Part shown: one piece after another, positions 34,121 to 46,961 of the stretch
Numbering within the stretch: position 1 is the first letter of the stretch
Layout of the letters: the number at the start of each line of letters is the position of its first letter
Assembly (NCBI RefSeq): GCF_009914755.1
Contig: NC_060946.1
Reading direction: 5' to 3' (one strand)
Source of the DNA: the human T2T-CHM13v2.0 reference genome, Homo sapiens
Length of the DNA stretch: 64,000 nt
The notes under the pieces: model-generated
What the model saw: only the letters and a program-made list of their open reading frames with translations
Databases searched by the model: none
Told to the model about the DNA's origin: nothing
Position numbers and translations under genes: made by a program

Positions 34121-34300
34121 GTACTAGATCTGTTCAGAATTACCATGGGCAAACACTCACTCTAAGTTATCAAACAAAATATGGACAAAATCTCATTATC
34201 CCATGAGATGATGTATCACCTGAGATTCAAGGAAACCAGACATTTCAAATGTCCCGTGCAATGAGTAACCAACTTTCAGATTTTGTCAATATTCACAAAG

Positions 34301-34335
34301 ACTGTTTCTCAACCTTCTGGTTGAGATTAAGTGTA
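34301..34335 (+). pseudogene. Degenerate U2 snRNA 5' fragment (nt 1-35)
   Basis: ACTGTTTCTCAACCTTCTGGTTGAGATTAAGTGTA versus U2 ATCGCTTCTCGGCCTTTTGGCTAAGATCAAGTGTA: 26/35 ungapped, and all 9 differences are transitions. Confidence 0.6.
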
Positions 34336-35631
34336 TATATGCTACCAAGAAGTGTTTTGCTGAAATGGGAAAGCATACAGGTCAGGGAATCCAGAGACTT
34401 GAGTTATACTGGCTAAAGTAGATCTCAGAATTTCAAGTATCTCAAAAGTAAAATAAGGCCTTGGTGGCCTTAGTCAAGTTTGTAGTTTTATTGATGTTAT
34501 ATAGTGACGGTGCACCCAGCTTAGGATAATTTATGGAGTAAATGTTGTTGAAAAAGCAAACATATTACTAGACACAAATTTAACTTCCTCAGGGAGAGCT
34601 CTAAAACTAGCTAGGGACTATGGGTATGTCTTCAGCATGCTGAGATGATGCCCTAAAGAAAACTGTGAGTCTCATGGGGCTGCACCTTTAGGCTTGCCTT
34701 GGGATGGAGGTCTTTCCTGCAGAACAGTGAAGGCCTCAGCACTTACTACTAAATGATTCTTTGCCCTTCCATAATATAGTTATCCTGTGGCTGATGTGCT
34801 TTCAATGTTGACACTGAGAAATTTGTCATTGTGGACATCTGACTGCCCCATAGCCATTCCCTCCTCCAGAGGACAGCAAATGGGCCCTGTTTTGCCCAGT
34901 TTATTTATTATTGGTTAGGTTTTTGTTCCTCACTACTGTCAGAATAGTCATTATTTCCCATGCTGCCTGAGACTCATTACTGCCACCCTCTTGCCTTTTT
35001 CCCTTTCCTGTCTCATTCCTCTCTGTGCTTTTGCCCACAGCTGCCATCTTTGTGTGATAAGGCCAACCTTCTATGGGAATCAACCCTCGCCATCCCAGCA
35101 GATCCCCTCTCTCCCTTCTCATGGGAGTGCCTTGTATTCATCAGGCATCTGGGACTTGATGTGGGTGTGGGATTTGAAATCAGAGCACCTAGGTCTCTGT
35201 CACCATTCTGTCACTTATTAGCTGTGACCTTGGGTAAATACGTGCCTTAGTGTCTTAGGTACAATATGAATATTGTCTATTTCTCAGGATTGCAATGACA
35301 AGTAAATGAGTGCATGAGAGGGTAAAACCACAGGGTACTCCGCTCCTCCTAGGAATGGAGAAGTTGTTCTAGAAGCCCAAATGTGCTGGAAGGTTGGCCA
35401 CCGAGAGCCAAAATCTTCTTTTATTTAACCACTGAAAGCCTGAGAGGAATTCTGAACCTCATCCCCAAATAACCTCTCCGGAATAAGAATATCTCTTGCA
35501 CTAACCATATTTATCTAGCCCTCTTCAACTTACGAGACTCCTTATTCATGACTGGAGTGTTACCTAAATCAACTGTTTCAAAAATCATATTTAACATTCC
35601 TTTTCTTTCTCATAAAAATGAAAATACAGAA

Positions 35632-35723
35632 GAGAATATTTATCACCTGGTAGTGGGATATGGGTGATTTAAGTGGGATTTTTTAAATCACCCATATCCC
35701 ACTACCAGGTGATAAATATTCTC
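35632..35723. repeat. Perfect inverted repeat, 41-bp arms, 10-nt loop
   Basis: GAGAATATTTATCACCTGGTAGTGGGATATGGGTGATTTAA (35632-35672), loop GTGGGATTTT, then the exact reverse complement (35683-35723). Confidence 0.97.
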
Positions 35724-36623
35724 AACATCTTAATGTACCTCTTTTAGGCTTTTTTTTTTTCTGATTTTTTTCAAAACACATGTAATGTATTATGTATCAC
35801 ACATTATTTCAAACTGTTCTTTTCCATGCAAGAATGTATCAAACACTTCCTCAACATTCCAACTCTTAGATTTCAACCAGAGGACATTTTGAATCTATTT
35901 CAAATTTATTTACTTATAGGATAGTGATCTAAACAGAACATCAGAGGCCAATAAAAAATTTTATACATCAAACTTTTTGGCTTATTTTAGAACCCCCAGG
36001 AAGAGTCCAGTGTCTTTAAGAGGAACTTTTATATGTGGTGGGGTATACTTCAATTAACAGGTAAATGCAAAAATGCTAGAAAAAGAAAGCTGAGTATATA
36101 TAAGCAAATTCAAAACTTTAAATATATATAGACTATACCATCTGGAATGCCAAAATCTTCTCTCAATAGACATATTTTTCAGATATACTTAGGGTACTAA
36201 CAAATTAATAGAAACCATGAAAAGACCTTCCTTATGGATAATTGATTGATCAGAGTTACTGCCTTATTTCTTAAGTCAAACCAGCAACAGAAGCAAAGAA
36301 ATGCTGTATTCTAAGCGAAAATAATGATAAAATTTAAGGTTCTATAAAGAGATAAGATTATGTGTCACTATAAACCAAGGATGAGTAGGTTATGGGTCAC
36401 TGTAAATCAAGTAGCAGAGTTAAGCTGAGGAAATATAAAAAAAATCTGATCATGACAGCTACAACTTTAAGGAGTTCCACAAAACATGAGTATGATTCAT
36501 TTCAATATGAAGAGAATAGAGGCAAAAGATCCCCCACCTGTAATTAACTAGGGAGACAATGACAAAATGGACTCTTAAAAGCCATTACTGGTCTTCTGCC
36601 CTTAGATAAATACTGGTAGTACT

Positions 36624-36781
36624 TTTTTTTTTTTTTTTTTTTTTTGGCTTGTTTCTTCTTTTTGTGGAGATGAGGTCCCACTATATTGCCCCGACTGGTC
36701 TCAAACTCCTGAGCTCAAGCAATACTCCCACCTCAGCCTCCCAAGTTCTGGGATTATAGGCCTGAGCCACCACACTTGGCC
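36624..36781 (-). mobile_element. Alu monomer (FLAM-like)
   Basis: Poly-T followed by a reverse left monomer. Confidence 0.85.
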
Positions 36782-37208
36782 AGCATTTTTTGTTTTAAAA
36801 TATTTATGCCAAAGATACAGATTAGACTGCCAAACTTAAGGGAATGTGCAAAAAAACTTCAACAAACCAAAGAGAAAAGAAACAATGAAGAAAGCATATG
36901 AAGAGTCAAAAGTCATACAAGAAATTCAAATGGTCAATTAACATAAAAAGACATTCAACCTCACTAATAAAGAAATACAAATTTTAACAAGAGACTATCT
37001 TTTGTCTACGAAATTAGCAAAAATTAAAAAGAAAAATATGGAAAAATACTATCAAACTCTTGAAGGGCAATTTTGGCAGTAATATCAAAATTTAAAAGGT
37101 GCATGTCCTCCCAGCAATCCTTTTATTAATTTCTCATTTTATAACTTCTCTTAGGAACAGTAACCTAAGGCATATAGACACATGTACAACCATGTTCATA
37201 AAAGTTTA

Positions 37209-37811
37209 TTTTTTGAGACAGCGTCCATCTTGTTCTTTCGCCCAGGCTGAAGTGCAGTGATCACAGCCCACTGCAACCTCTAACTCCTGGGTCCAAGTGA
37301 TCCTCCCACCTCAGCATCCCAAGTAGCTGGGACCATAAGCGTACACCACCATGCCCCACTAATTTCTTTTTTTTTTTTTTTTTTTGAGACGGAGTCTCGC
37401 TCTGTCACCAGGCTGGAGTGCAGTGGTGTGATCTCGGCTCACTGCAACCTCCACCTCCTCGGTTCAAAAGATCCTGCTGCCTCAGCCTCCCAAGTAGCTG
37501 GGACTATAGGCGTGCGCCACCACACCCAGGCTAATTTTTGTATTTTTAGTAGAGACAGGGTTTCACCATGCTGACCAGGGTGGTCTCGATCTCTTGACCT
37601 CGTAATCTGCCCGCCTCAGCCTCCCAAAGTGCTGGGATTACAAGCGTGAGCCACCGCGCCTGGCCAATTTTTTTGCTGTTGTTGTTGTTGTACTAGAGAT
37701 GGGGTCTCCTTGTGTTGCCCAGGCTGGTGTCGAACTCCTAGGCTTAAGCAATCCTCCTGCCTCTGTCTCCCAAAGTGCTGAGATTACAGATGTGAGCCAC
37801 CACACCTGGCC
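37209..37811 (-). mobile_element. AluJ with an AluS (~37367-37665) nested in its A-rich linker
   Basis: Right arm, a full younger dimer, then left arm. Confidence 0.9.
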
Positions 37812-38378
37812 AGAAACATTATTTATAACAGACAAAAACTAGAAAATTCTAAAATACCTAAATGGACTTACAACGTAGGGAATGGTTAAGTAAACTATAC
37901 TATGTCCAGAAGAAATTTTACTTAGCTTTAAAAAGAATCACACAGATATTAAATAACAATATGGAAGATGTTCATCAGAAATAAAGCAAACTGCAAAACC
38001 ATTCATATGGTCCATTTGTTGTAGAAAACTAAAACTGATACAAGTAATACATCGCTATGTTTTAAAAATTCCTTTGAATATATACAGAAAATGATCTAGA
38101 AAGATAAACTCTAAGCTGCTTCTAGTGTTTCTCTCTGTGTTACAAATATTTGATGGCAAGGAGCAGGGACTAAGTTTTTATCTGAATTTTTGTTATAAGC
38201 AGATATAATCCTTTTCTAATTTACAAATAAAGGAGGAGGTTCTGCCAAAGAATTAAAATGCAATATATTATCAAACTGAAATTAAAAATGTACTTCACAT
38301 CTACTAGTTAAGTTAGCTAGTTACATGCATCATAAGTAAGCCAGGTAGTTACAAGGCGTCAAATGTGAACACCGCTTA

Positions 38379-38558
<180 letters not shown>

Positions 38559-40045
38559 TCAGTAGTAACTGCAGAAATTTAGTATGCTAAAATCTTAATA
38601 ATATAGATGATATAGAAAAGCATATCCAAACCATTCAGCACAACTGTGTTCAATATGAAAACACAACTCAAATTAGAAATTAATACGTTTAGGAAGACAA
38701 ACCACAGATTATTATACAGTTTTAAAAACCTGTATTTTATAAACTTTCATTATTCAAAAAATTTGCCAGTTACAAATACTCTGGTGCCTTTACACTACCC
38801 ATTTATCAAGAAAATGTCTCGAAACTTGGTTTAACTTTTGAACAATATATATTTGTACTTTACAAAGCATTTTCACCTCTATTATTTCTCATTTAACTTC
38901 ACAAAATTCCAAGAAAGGTATGGCAGAAATACAACTGGCACTTTGCCAACTAAAGCTGAGCAACCAGCATATTGCTCTTAATGATAAAGGGGAGGGATGT
39001 AAACTGTAATAACAAAAGCCTGGAGATCCAAAGAAACATAATAGATAGTCCAAATCTTAGTAGACTTCTGGGGTCATTTTTAACTTATGACTTATTTATG
39101 ATACACTCAATTTGGTCCTTCTTCAGCTAACCAGAAACAGTATTGGGGGCCCAAGATCAGAAATGGTTCATTGTGAGTCCTCAAGTAAAGAGAACAAACA
39201 GAAACTGTTTTTAAAGTAATATGAATGTATACATATTACCATAAAAGGTAGGAAATTGCTGACAGTAGCTTCTATTTCATTTAACGTGAATCAGAAATCT
39301 CAGAGGCCTCCATCAATACCTGTAAGTCAACTGTATTTTCTACGCCAATCTGGAGTCGCTAGTTCCAACAAATGTTGGAAAAAGTTCTCGTGTTCTAATT
39401 TGTTACAGTGACCCAACTGTGGCACTATCTTCCATCACTTCAAATTTGGCTAAATTTCTTCCTTCTAATGAAAACAGCTTGAAGAAATGTATTTCTTCTT
39501 TATAAGCATATTTTCAAAGAAAAACTACAAAAATCTACCTCTAAGAACTTGTAATTTCAAAATTAACATTTTATGTGAGGGACCAAAACAACAGGTAGTT
39601 TAAGCTCAGTAAACATTCATATCTACAAATCACATGGAGATATGATGCTATCTTGCCTATTAGTTAAATTTAAAAACACACCCACACACACACTCTTACT
39701 CAATTTGGAAGTGTTTGGGAAGTTGAAACCAAACATATTTCTTAAATGCTCCCAAAATAAATTTCTGTAGGGCCTGCAGACAGGACTGCATTTCTCCTTT
39801 TGGCTTTCCATGATACAACACTAGGGTTAGTCTAATAATGCCACAATCCTTAAATACCTTCAACATGTACTTTTAAACACTATCATATTCTAAAACAGGA
39901 CTAAAATGAGTCTAGGTCAAAAGATAAATTTCATTTTGGTCAGGAACACACAATAACAATATTCAAATGAACTGTATCCAAAAAAACGTTAATGGACTGA
40001 CATTTCATGGCATGCTACTTAGTTTTCTCTCATTCTCCTTTTTTA

Positions 40046-40531
<486 letters not shown>

Positions 40532-40979
40532 CTAACAGAAACAAGTGTCAATTTCCACATTCAACTTCAAACAATCAATTGTGCAAATAGAGAACAGGGT
40601 GCCTAGCTTCTCTGGAGTGTTTTAATACAGTGAATCCTCCTGAGATATAAACAACTGTGTTCAAGTCTACACTAAACAGTGCCAGACAGCTACTCTTTTT
40701 CACTTCCTGCATTTCTTTCTGTCTTCTGTCAGCTGTCACTTCTTAGGTTATCAGTTTGTTTTGTCCCACTTCCAAGTCACTGCTTCTAATCTACTGTCAG
40801 CTCTAGGAAAACCAGATAACTGAGCAAATGGGAACTGTGTGCAAGTTACAGAAGAGCCTAGAGGGTTTTATGGGTTTTGCTATATATATCTTGATTTCTC
40901 AGAAGCTGTTTCTGCTCTTATCTTCATTCTTGTCTACAATACACATGGCTATAACTGCAGGACATGCAAGTTCTGAATA

Positions 40980-41530
40980 GGTGATATATTTCTGTATCAT
41001 GTCCAGACTGAGGAAAACAATAAGCTCTTACAGTTGTGTGCTGTTCATACCATGTCTGGAATACTGTTTTCAGTTCAGATCAACAATTACAACACATATA
41101 GTAACAGGACCAGCTGGTAGCAAGTCCACATATCATGCTGTATTAAGCCAAGTGAATGTGCTGGGAATGTTTAACCTTGAGACTTTCTAAGATGAAATAA
41201 AAGTGCTTGTGGGGGATGGGGTTGGCTGGAGGGGAGAGCTGCCATCAGAAAACCTGAAGGATTAACCACTACAAGACAGAACAGGCTTATTTCCCATTGC
41301 TCAAATGGGATAAACTGTAAACAAGAGTCAAGCATTATAGGAAAAGCAGATTTTGGTTCAAACACAAATGTTTAAAATGTCCAACAGTAAAGTAGGCTGC
41401 TTCTCTAAGCAGCAAGCTACTTAACCTTAAAGTACTTAAGTTGAGGCTGGAGCCTCATTTCTCTGGGATGTTGGAGAAAGAATTCCTGCACTAGACAGGA
41501 GGTTAAACTACATTCTTTAGACTCTTCCAA
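40980..41530. mobile_element. CR1/L3-like ancient LINE fragment
   Basis: CATGTCTGGAATACTGTTTTCAGTTC, CTGGGAATGTTTAACCTTGAGA, GCAGATTTTGGTTCAA, GGAGGTTAAACTA. Confidence 0.5.
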
Positions 41531-41732
41531 AACAAGGCAGTGTAGCAAGAAATTCATTATCATTCATTTAATTCATTTTGCAATTCTTTGCAATTATCAT
41601 TCATATAATTAATTTTGTCACATAAGGTGGAATGAAAAGGTAAATCAATACTACGAAAATGTGAGTTTAGAGTAACATATCAAAGTACAGTACATATACC
41701 AATAAAATGATGCAGAAGCAAGAAAAACTCAC

Positions 41733-41763
41733 CTCCTGAACAGAACATGGCAAAACCACACGG
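41733..41763 (-). CDS. PITPNB: PITPNB exon 2 (31 nt, RVVLPCSVQE)
   Basis: tttttag|C CGT GTG GTT TTG CCA TGT TCT GTT CAG GAG|gtgagt. Phase fits exon 1. Confidence 0.97.
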
Positions 41764-43945
41764 CTAAAAAGACAAAAGAAAAAATATATATATTACATAT
41801 GAAATAGCTTTAAACACAGATCTCTGAAGAGGTTTTACCTTAAATCCAATGATAACAGAGACAGGTCTCTTAAATCAAAAAAATACAAGGGTGTCATTTA
41901 TGGAAGAGGGTCTTTGCAATGCCTACACCATAATTGGGGAACTAAAACTATCATTCCTGGGTCTCAATGATCATTTGCATTTAGTGTTCCCAGGACCCCA
42001 AACAGCAGCTGCAGAGATTCTTGTGAGTAAAGAAAAAAGAGAAAACTCAACATTGAAAATTGCAGGGTACAGAACGTATTATTTGCAGATTGTCTGGTCA
42101 GGTTGCCCTGACTAAATTTTTAGTATGGTTTCATTCTCCACCTATATACTGTGCATTTTGTTTTTATGATGCTTCTTACAGAATACGTGTCTTGAATCTC
42201 ATTGAATAAACGCTTCCAGAAACTGTTCCCCCACTATTCAATTATTCCTCAAGTTTACTAAGAGAAAAATAAGGAGTCGTGTAGAATTAGTAAGAAAAAT
42301 TTTACTATGGAAACTACTTGAACCTTATAATAATCCCTTCCAGCATATATACAATATAAGGTTGACATGTGTTTCATCCTGTCCAAGAGTTTCTTATTGT
42401 ATATACCAAAAAGATGTCATTATAGCTCCATTGCAAGCAGTCTTAAAAGATAAAATCCAAAACAGTATCATGGTATATTGTTTTATCAAAATATTGCATC
42501 TTATCTCTAGATTTTATAAGGAGAGTCCTTAATTTATTTCCACCATAAATCCTGAAAACCAAGAACATCCCTGTATATCAATGGTCTCATAATTATAGTT
42601 GGTTCCAAGACAGCAACTTCCTTTTTTGTGGGATGGGGGTATACGATCCTTCTCATACTTTCCTAATCTTATCTGTCATTTTATGGAAAATTTTCAATAG
42701 TTTTCCTCATTCCAATTTCTTTTCAGCTTATAATTTCTTTTTCTTTTTTTCTTGCAGTAAGAGTCATTTAGCTTATTGTTTGTATTAGTGACAATCTTTT
42801 TGGCCTAGGCATTCTTTTTTAATAGTCTTTCTTATTCGTAAGTATGAAGAGAGTAATAAAACCCAGATTATATCTAGTTTGCATTCCAGCTACACTTTCC
42901 ATCTACTCCTTTCTCCCTACTCTCCTCAAACATCTATGTCTGAATGTTCACATTACCTCAATCTCCAACATGCACAAGTCTGTTACTCCCTCCCCTTTGA
43001 CTACTGAGTTACTCGCCACTCTTTGTCTTTCTGGTAACGGTGATTCAAAAACAATGAACACTCTCAAATCCACAATGGTCACTAATTTCTACTCTCCATC
43101 AAGAATAAACTTTTTGTAAGTCCTTCTATACCTAAAAATTCCGAATCATTTCTCTTCTCAGTATACACTAACTTGCTCACTGTCCCAGAGCATAAAATGA
43201 GGGAGAGGAAGACTAGAAAGCTATAGGTTGGGAGCAGATTATCAGGACCTGGAATACTATGGTAAGAAATCCATTAAATTCATCAGGCAATAAGGAATCC
43301 CAAAAGGTTGGTCCAAGAGGTAAGTGACAACTACTGCTGACCTGAAGAAGTCATCTGCAGGTGGTTGAAAACACTGACAAGCAGGAGAAGTGGGGAAAGC
43401 TATCTTTTGGGAGGCTAGGCAAGAACTGTCACAAAGGCCTGAACCAAGATGATGGACTGCAGAGGGAATGGAAGGAAGGGATAGAGAAAGAAGAGTTAGT
43501 CTTCCCTTAAGTTTCACAAAACCAAAGAATCACTGCTGAGTAATTTTACACTCACTAACAGGAAGATCCCTATTTTTATTTAAGAACACTTTCAAGGAAA
43601 TTCTTTCAAAAAATTAAAGTGACTGATTAAGACATTCAGAACAATGAGTCAAGTAACTTCTTCAAGATTTGCTTAACAAGTAAAAGGGAAAAGGAACATA
43701 CAGGCTTTGATTTTCTGTTGTTATTCTAAAAGCAGTATTCAACTTTCAGTGCCAGTTGAAAATGTTCAAATGTCTGAAAATCCTCATAAAAATAATTTCC
43801 AAATGGAATCAGTAACTAGTTCTTTAAAACCAGGACTTTACATTAATGGTAACTTCATCTACTGCTTAAATAATAACTTGAAGGGAAACAGCCCACCTCG
43901 AAAGTCATTTCTAACATTTTAATTCTTATAAAAAAATAAATAGAG

Positions 43946-44244
<299 letters not shown>

Positions 44245-45064
44245 TTATAAGACAACAAACATTTGCCAAAGTATTTTAGTTACCAATATCTTCACATAGG
44301 AATAAGCTATTCATTGCTCCTAACCAACAAGAATTTTAGAAAGTTGACTTGAGAGTAAGAAGTATCAATTTTTCATTGAACAACACTGAATTCTTTAGAG
44401 CATGTTAGGCCTAGATGCTGTGCTAGATACCGACATTACTTAAGAAACAGCTTCTACCTTCAAAAAGTCTAGGAGGAAAAAAAATCTAGGGGAGATACAC
44501 ATGAAGAGTTAACATCAAGAAACTTAATTTATAACTCTTTGGGAAAAATAATTAGACTTTGGGCACGTGTCAACATTCATTATCTGGGTACATTTAAATC
44601 TTCATAATGAAAGCAAATGTTTGCAAAAAGCACAGTGCGCAAATTCCCAATAGGAACTGCTTTCCAAGAGTTAGCTTCATACTACTCACATACTGTCAAA
44701 GGGATCTACTGAATACTGTGTGTCTGTAACACTTTTGGAGGGAGGAAATACTCCAATGAAAGAAAAATGACTGGATCTATTTAAAATCAGTTCTGCAACT
44801 CACTTGCTGTGTAACTTGGTCCAAGTCAATTTCCTTCTTATTTTCTCCATTTGTTTTAGTGTCTGCCACCCATCTACCCACATCATCTAGAAGTCAGAGT
44901 AATGAACACTTGTTTGATACACTGTATAAACGACTTGGAAGAAAAGTTTTATATAAACCCAATATTCAGTACTATAAATAAGCTTTAATTGAGAATTTTC
45001 ACTCTACCAACAAAAGGCAAAATGTCTCTTCTCAAAATCCCTGTCACTGACCAAAGTTATCATT

Positions 45065-45640
45065 TTTCATCAATTCATTAACAAATATTTACTGAGCACC
45101 TATTACATGCGAGGGACTATTCTAAAAACTGGGGATATGAGAGTGAGCAAAACAAACTCATGGCCCTTACATGTAAAAAGAGAACACAACTAGTAGGAGA
45201 AAAATAATAATAATAAATTGTATTGGCATGTTGGATGGTGATAAGTACTATGGAGACCGATAAAGCAGGGAAGACAAATACCACCCCAAATAGTGGGAAC
45301 TACAATTAGGTCTTCAGAAAGGGATTCCCTGAGAAGGTGACGTCTGAGCAAAGACCTGGAAGAAGGTGAGTTAGTGTGCCAAGGGAAGAACACTTCAAGC
45401 AAAGGGAACAAAAGCAGGTGGAAAGGTCTTGAACTGAACTTATTCTAGAGTAGCAGAGGAACAGCAAGGAAGCTTGCGAAGATGGAATGGGCAAGGAAAA
45501 GGTAGTAAATGAGATCAGGGCAGGAAAAAAAAGTGTAAAGCCTTGTAGCTGTTGCAGAGGCTTTGACTTTTATTCTGGGTGAGACAGGGAGTCTTTGGGA
45601 GGTATTAAGTCTCAGAGAAGTGCATCAGTGACTTTTTAAA
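45065..45640. mobile_element. L2 fragment
   Basis: CATTAACAAATATTTACTGAGCACCTA...GAGAAGGTGACGTCTGAGCAAAGACCTG...TTTGACTTTTATTCTGGG. Confidence 0.75.
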
Positions 45641-46517
45641 GGAGGTTTAAGAACACTAAAAATAAGGTGTCTGAAAAAAGCTAAATTAAGCCAAAAATAT
45701 TTCTAAGAATTTAAAATGAAGAATTTGAAAACCAACGAATGGGCCATACTCGACCTCCCTAGCTGCCCAAAGGATGCTGACGACACGAACCAGCTGTGAC
45801 AGACGAACATTCAGAGGCAAGCAGATTTCCGTAATGTTTACAGTCCTTGCCAGTAGGAAAAGCCGTGACTTTTCAACAAAATCACTTGGCCAGTCGGATG
45901 CACCTCGAAATCCCTCCATTTGACAGAGCACGTGTTAACTTCTAAGAAAGTAGGTGGGGCCCGGGATGTCACCTCATCTTAAAACATGCGGAAACCAAAA
46001 AGAGAAAAGGCTCTCCCGTCAAGTCAGCGGAGCTGCCCAGGAGAGCGGAGGCTTTCCGGAATCCCGGCTCCACCACGAACTTCAAGGCGCCAGCGTCCCA
46101 CCGCGAGTCCTGACACGAGGGCTGCCTTCAACCGGCAAGCCCATCTCCCGCTGGTTACCAGGGGACTCCACCCCGGACGACAAATCACAGTCAGAACCAA
46201 CGTGTCTCTCCCACCCTCGGACTGCGGCTCCTTCCCACCGGCGGGCCTGGGGGTGGGCCCAGACCCAGCCTGGGGGTGGGGGGTTGGGGAGAAGGCGGGT
46301 CCCAGCGGAAACTCCCGGCCGCGCCTTCCGGAGCCATGCGCTCGGGCCGGGACCCAGCCGCCTTCGCCCCGGGGAAGGGAGAGGGCGTGTTACCACGGCA
46401 ATGCCTGGAGGGCCGAGGGGCGCACTCGCTGAGGGGCTTCGAAGGGGCCGGGGGAGGGAGGGGGCGCCCGCAGGGAGGGGCTGACACAGGGCTGACTCCG
46501 ATTTAGGAATATCCTAC

Positions 46518-46543
46518 CACTTCTCCATCAACAAATCTCCCAT
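46518..46543 (-). CDS. PITPNB: Probable alternative first coding exon of PITPNB (MGDLLMEK-C, 26 nt)
   Basis: gtg ATG GGA GAT TTG TTG ATG GAG AAG TG|gtagga. Same phase (2) as exon 1, so it splices in frame to exon 2. Good Kozak (G at -3, G at +4). I recall a similar annotated isoform but cannot verify it. Confidence 0.65.
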
Positions 46544-46587
46544 CACTGCCGTCCCACGGCCTCGCTCGCGCCCACAGACCCACTCAC

Positions 46588-46607
46588 AATTCCTTGATCA
46601 GCACCAT
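46588..46607 (-). CDS. PITPNB: PITPNB exon 1 coding part (MVLIKE-F, 20 nt)
   Basis: Minus strand reads GGGAAG ATG GTG CTG ATC AAG GAA TT|gtgagt. Strong Kozak (A at -3, G at +4) and canonical donor. Matches the PITP-beta N-terminus. Confidence 0.97.
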
Positions 46608-46643
46608 CTTCCCGGAACCCCCTCACAGCTGCCGCCGATACCA

Positions 46644-46658
46644 CCGCCGCCGCCGCCG
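46644..46658. repeat. (CCG)5 within an interrupted CCG tract in the PITPNB 5' UTR
   Basis: GCCGCCGATACCACCGCCGCCGCCGCCGCTACCGCC. Confidence 0.85.
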
Positions 46659-46789
46659 CTACCGCCTCTCACAGCGCCTGCGCGGCCCCGCCTCCCTGCC
46701 CCCCCGAGCCACCATCGCGCCTGCGTGCTTACACCCTTCCGCCGCGACCAGTCGCGTCAGCGCGCGAGGGGGCCTAGCTCCGCCCAGTT

Positions 46790-46961
46790 TCGTGCCCCAC
46801 CCCGGGCACACGAGGCCTCCACTGCGGTTGCGCAGCCTGCCGAAGAGCGTGCGGCTTCTACTGCGGCTGCGCAAGCTCGACGCGCGCACTCTTGTCTGCT
46901 TACGAGGGCTCCTCCCTTCAGCTTTGGTCCCTCGGGGCGTCTGGGCAGCCTACGCTTTCCG
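46790..46961 (+). ncRNA. TTC28-AS1: Likely first exon of the divergent lncRNA TTC28-AS1 (5' end approximate); transcript extends rightwards
   Basis: Strong donor TTCCG|GTGAGT at 46961/46962 inside the CpG island, head-to-head with PITPNB. Identity comes from recalled gene order next to PITPNB. Confidence 0.65.
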
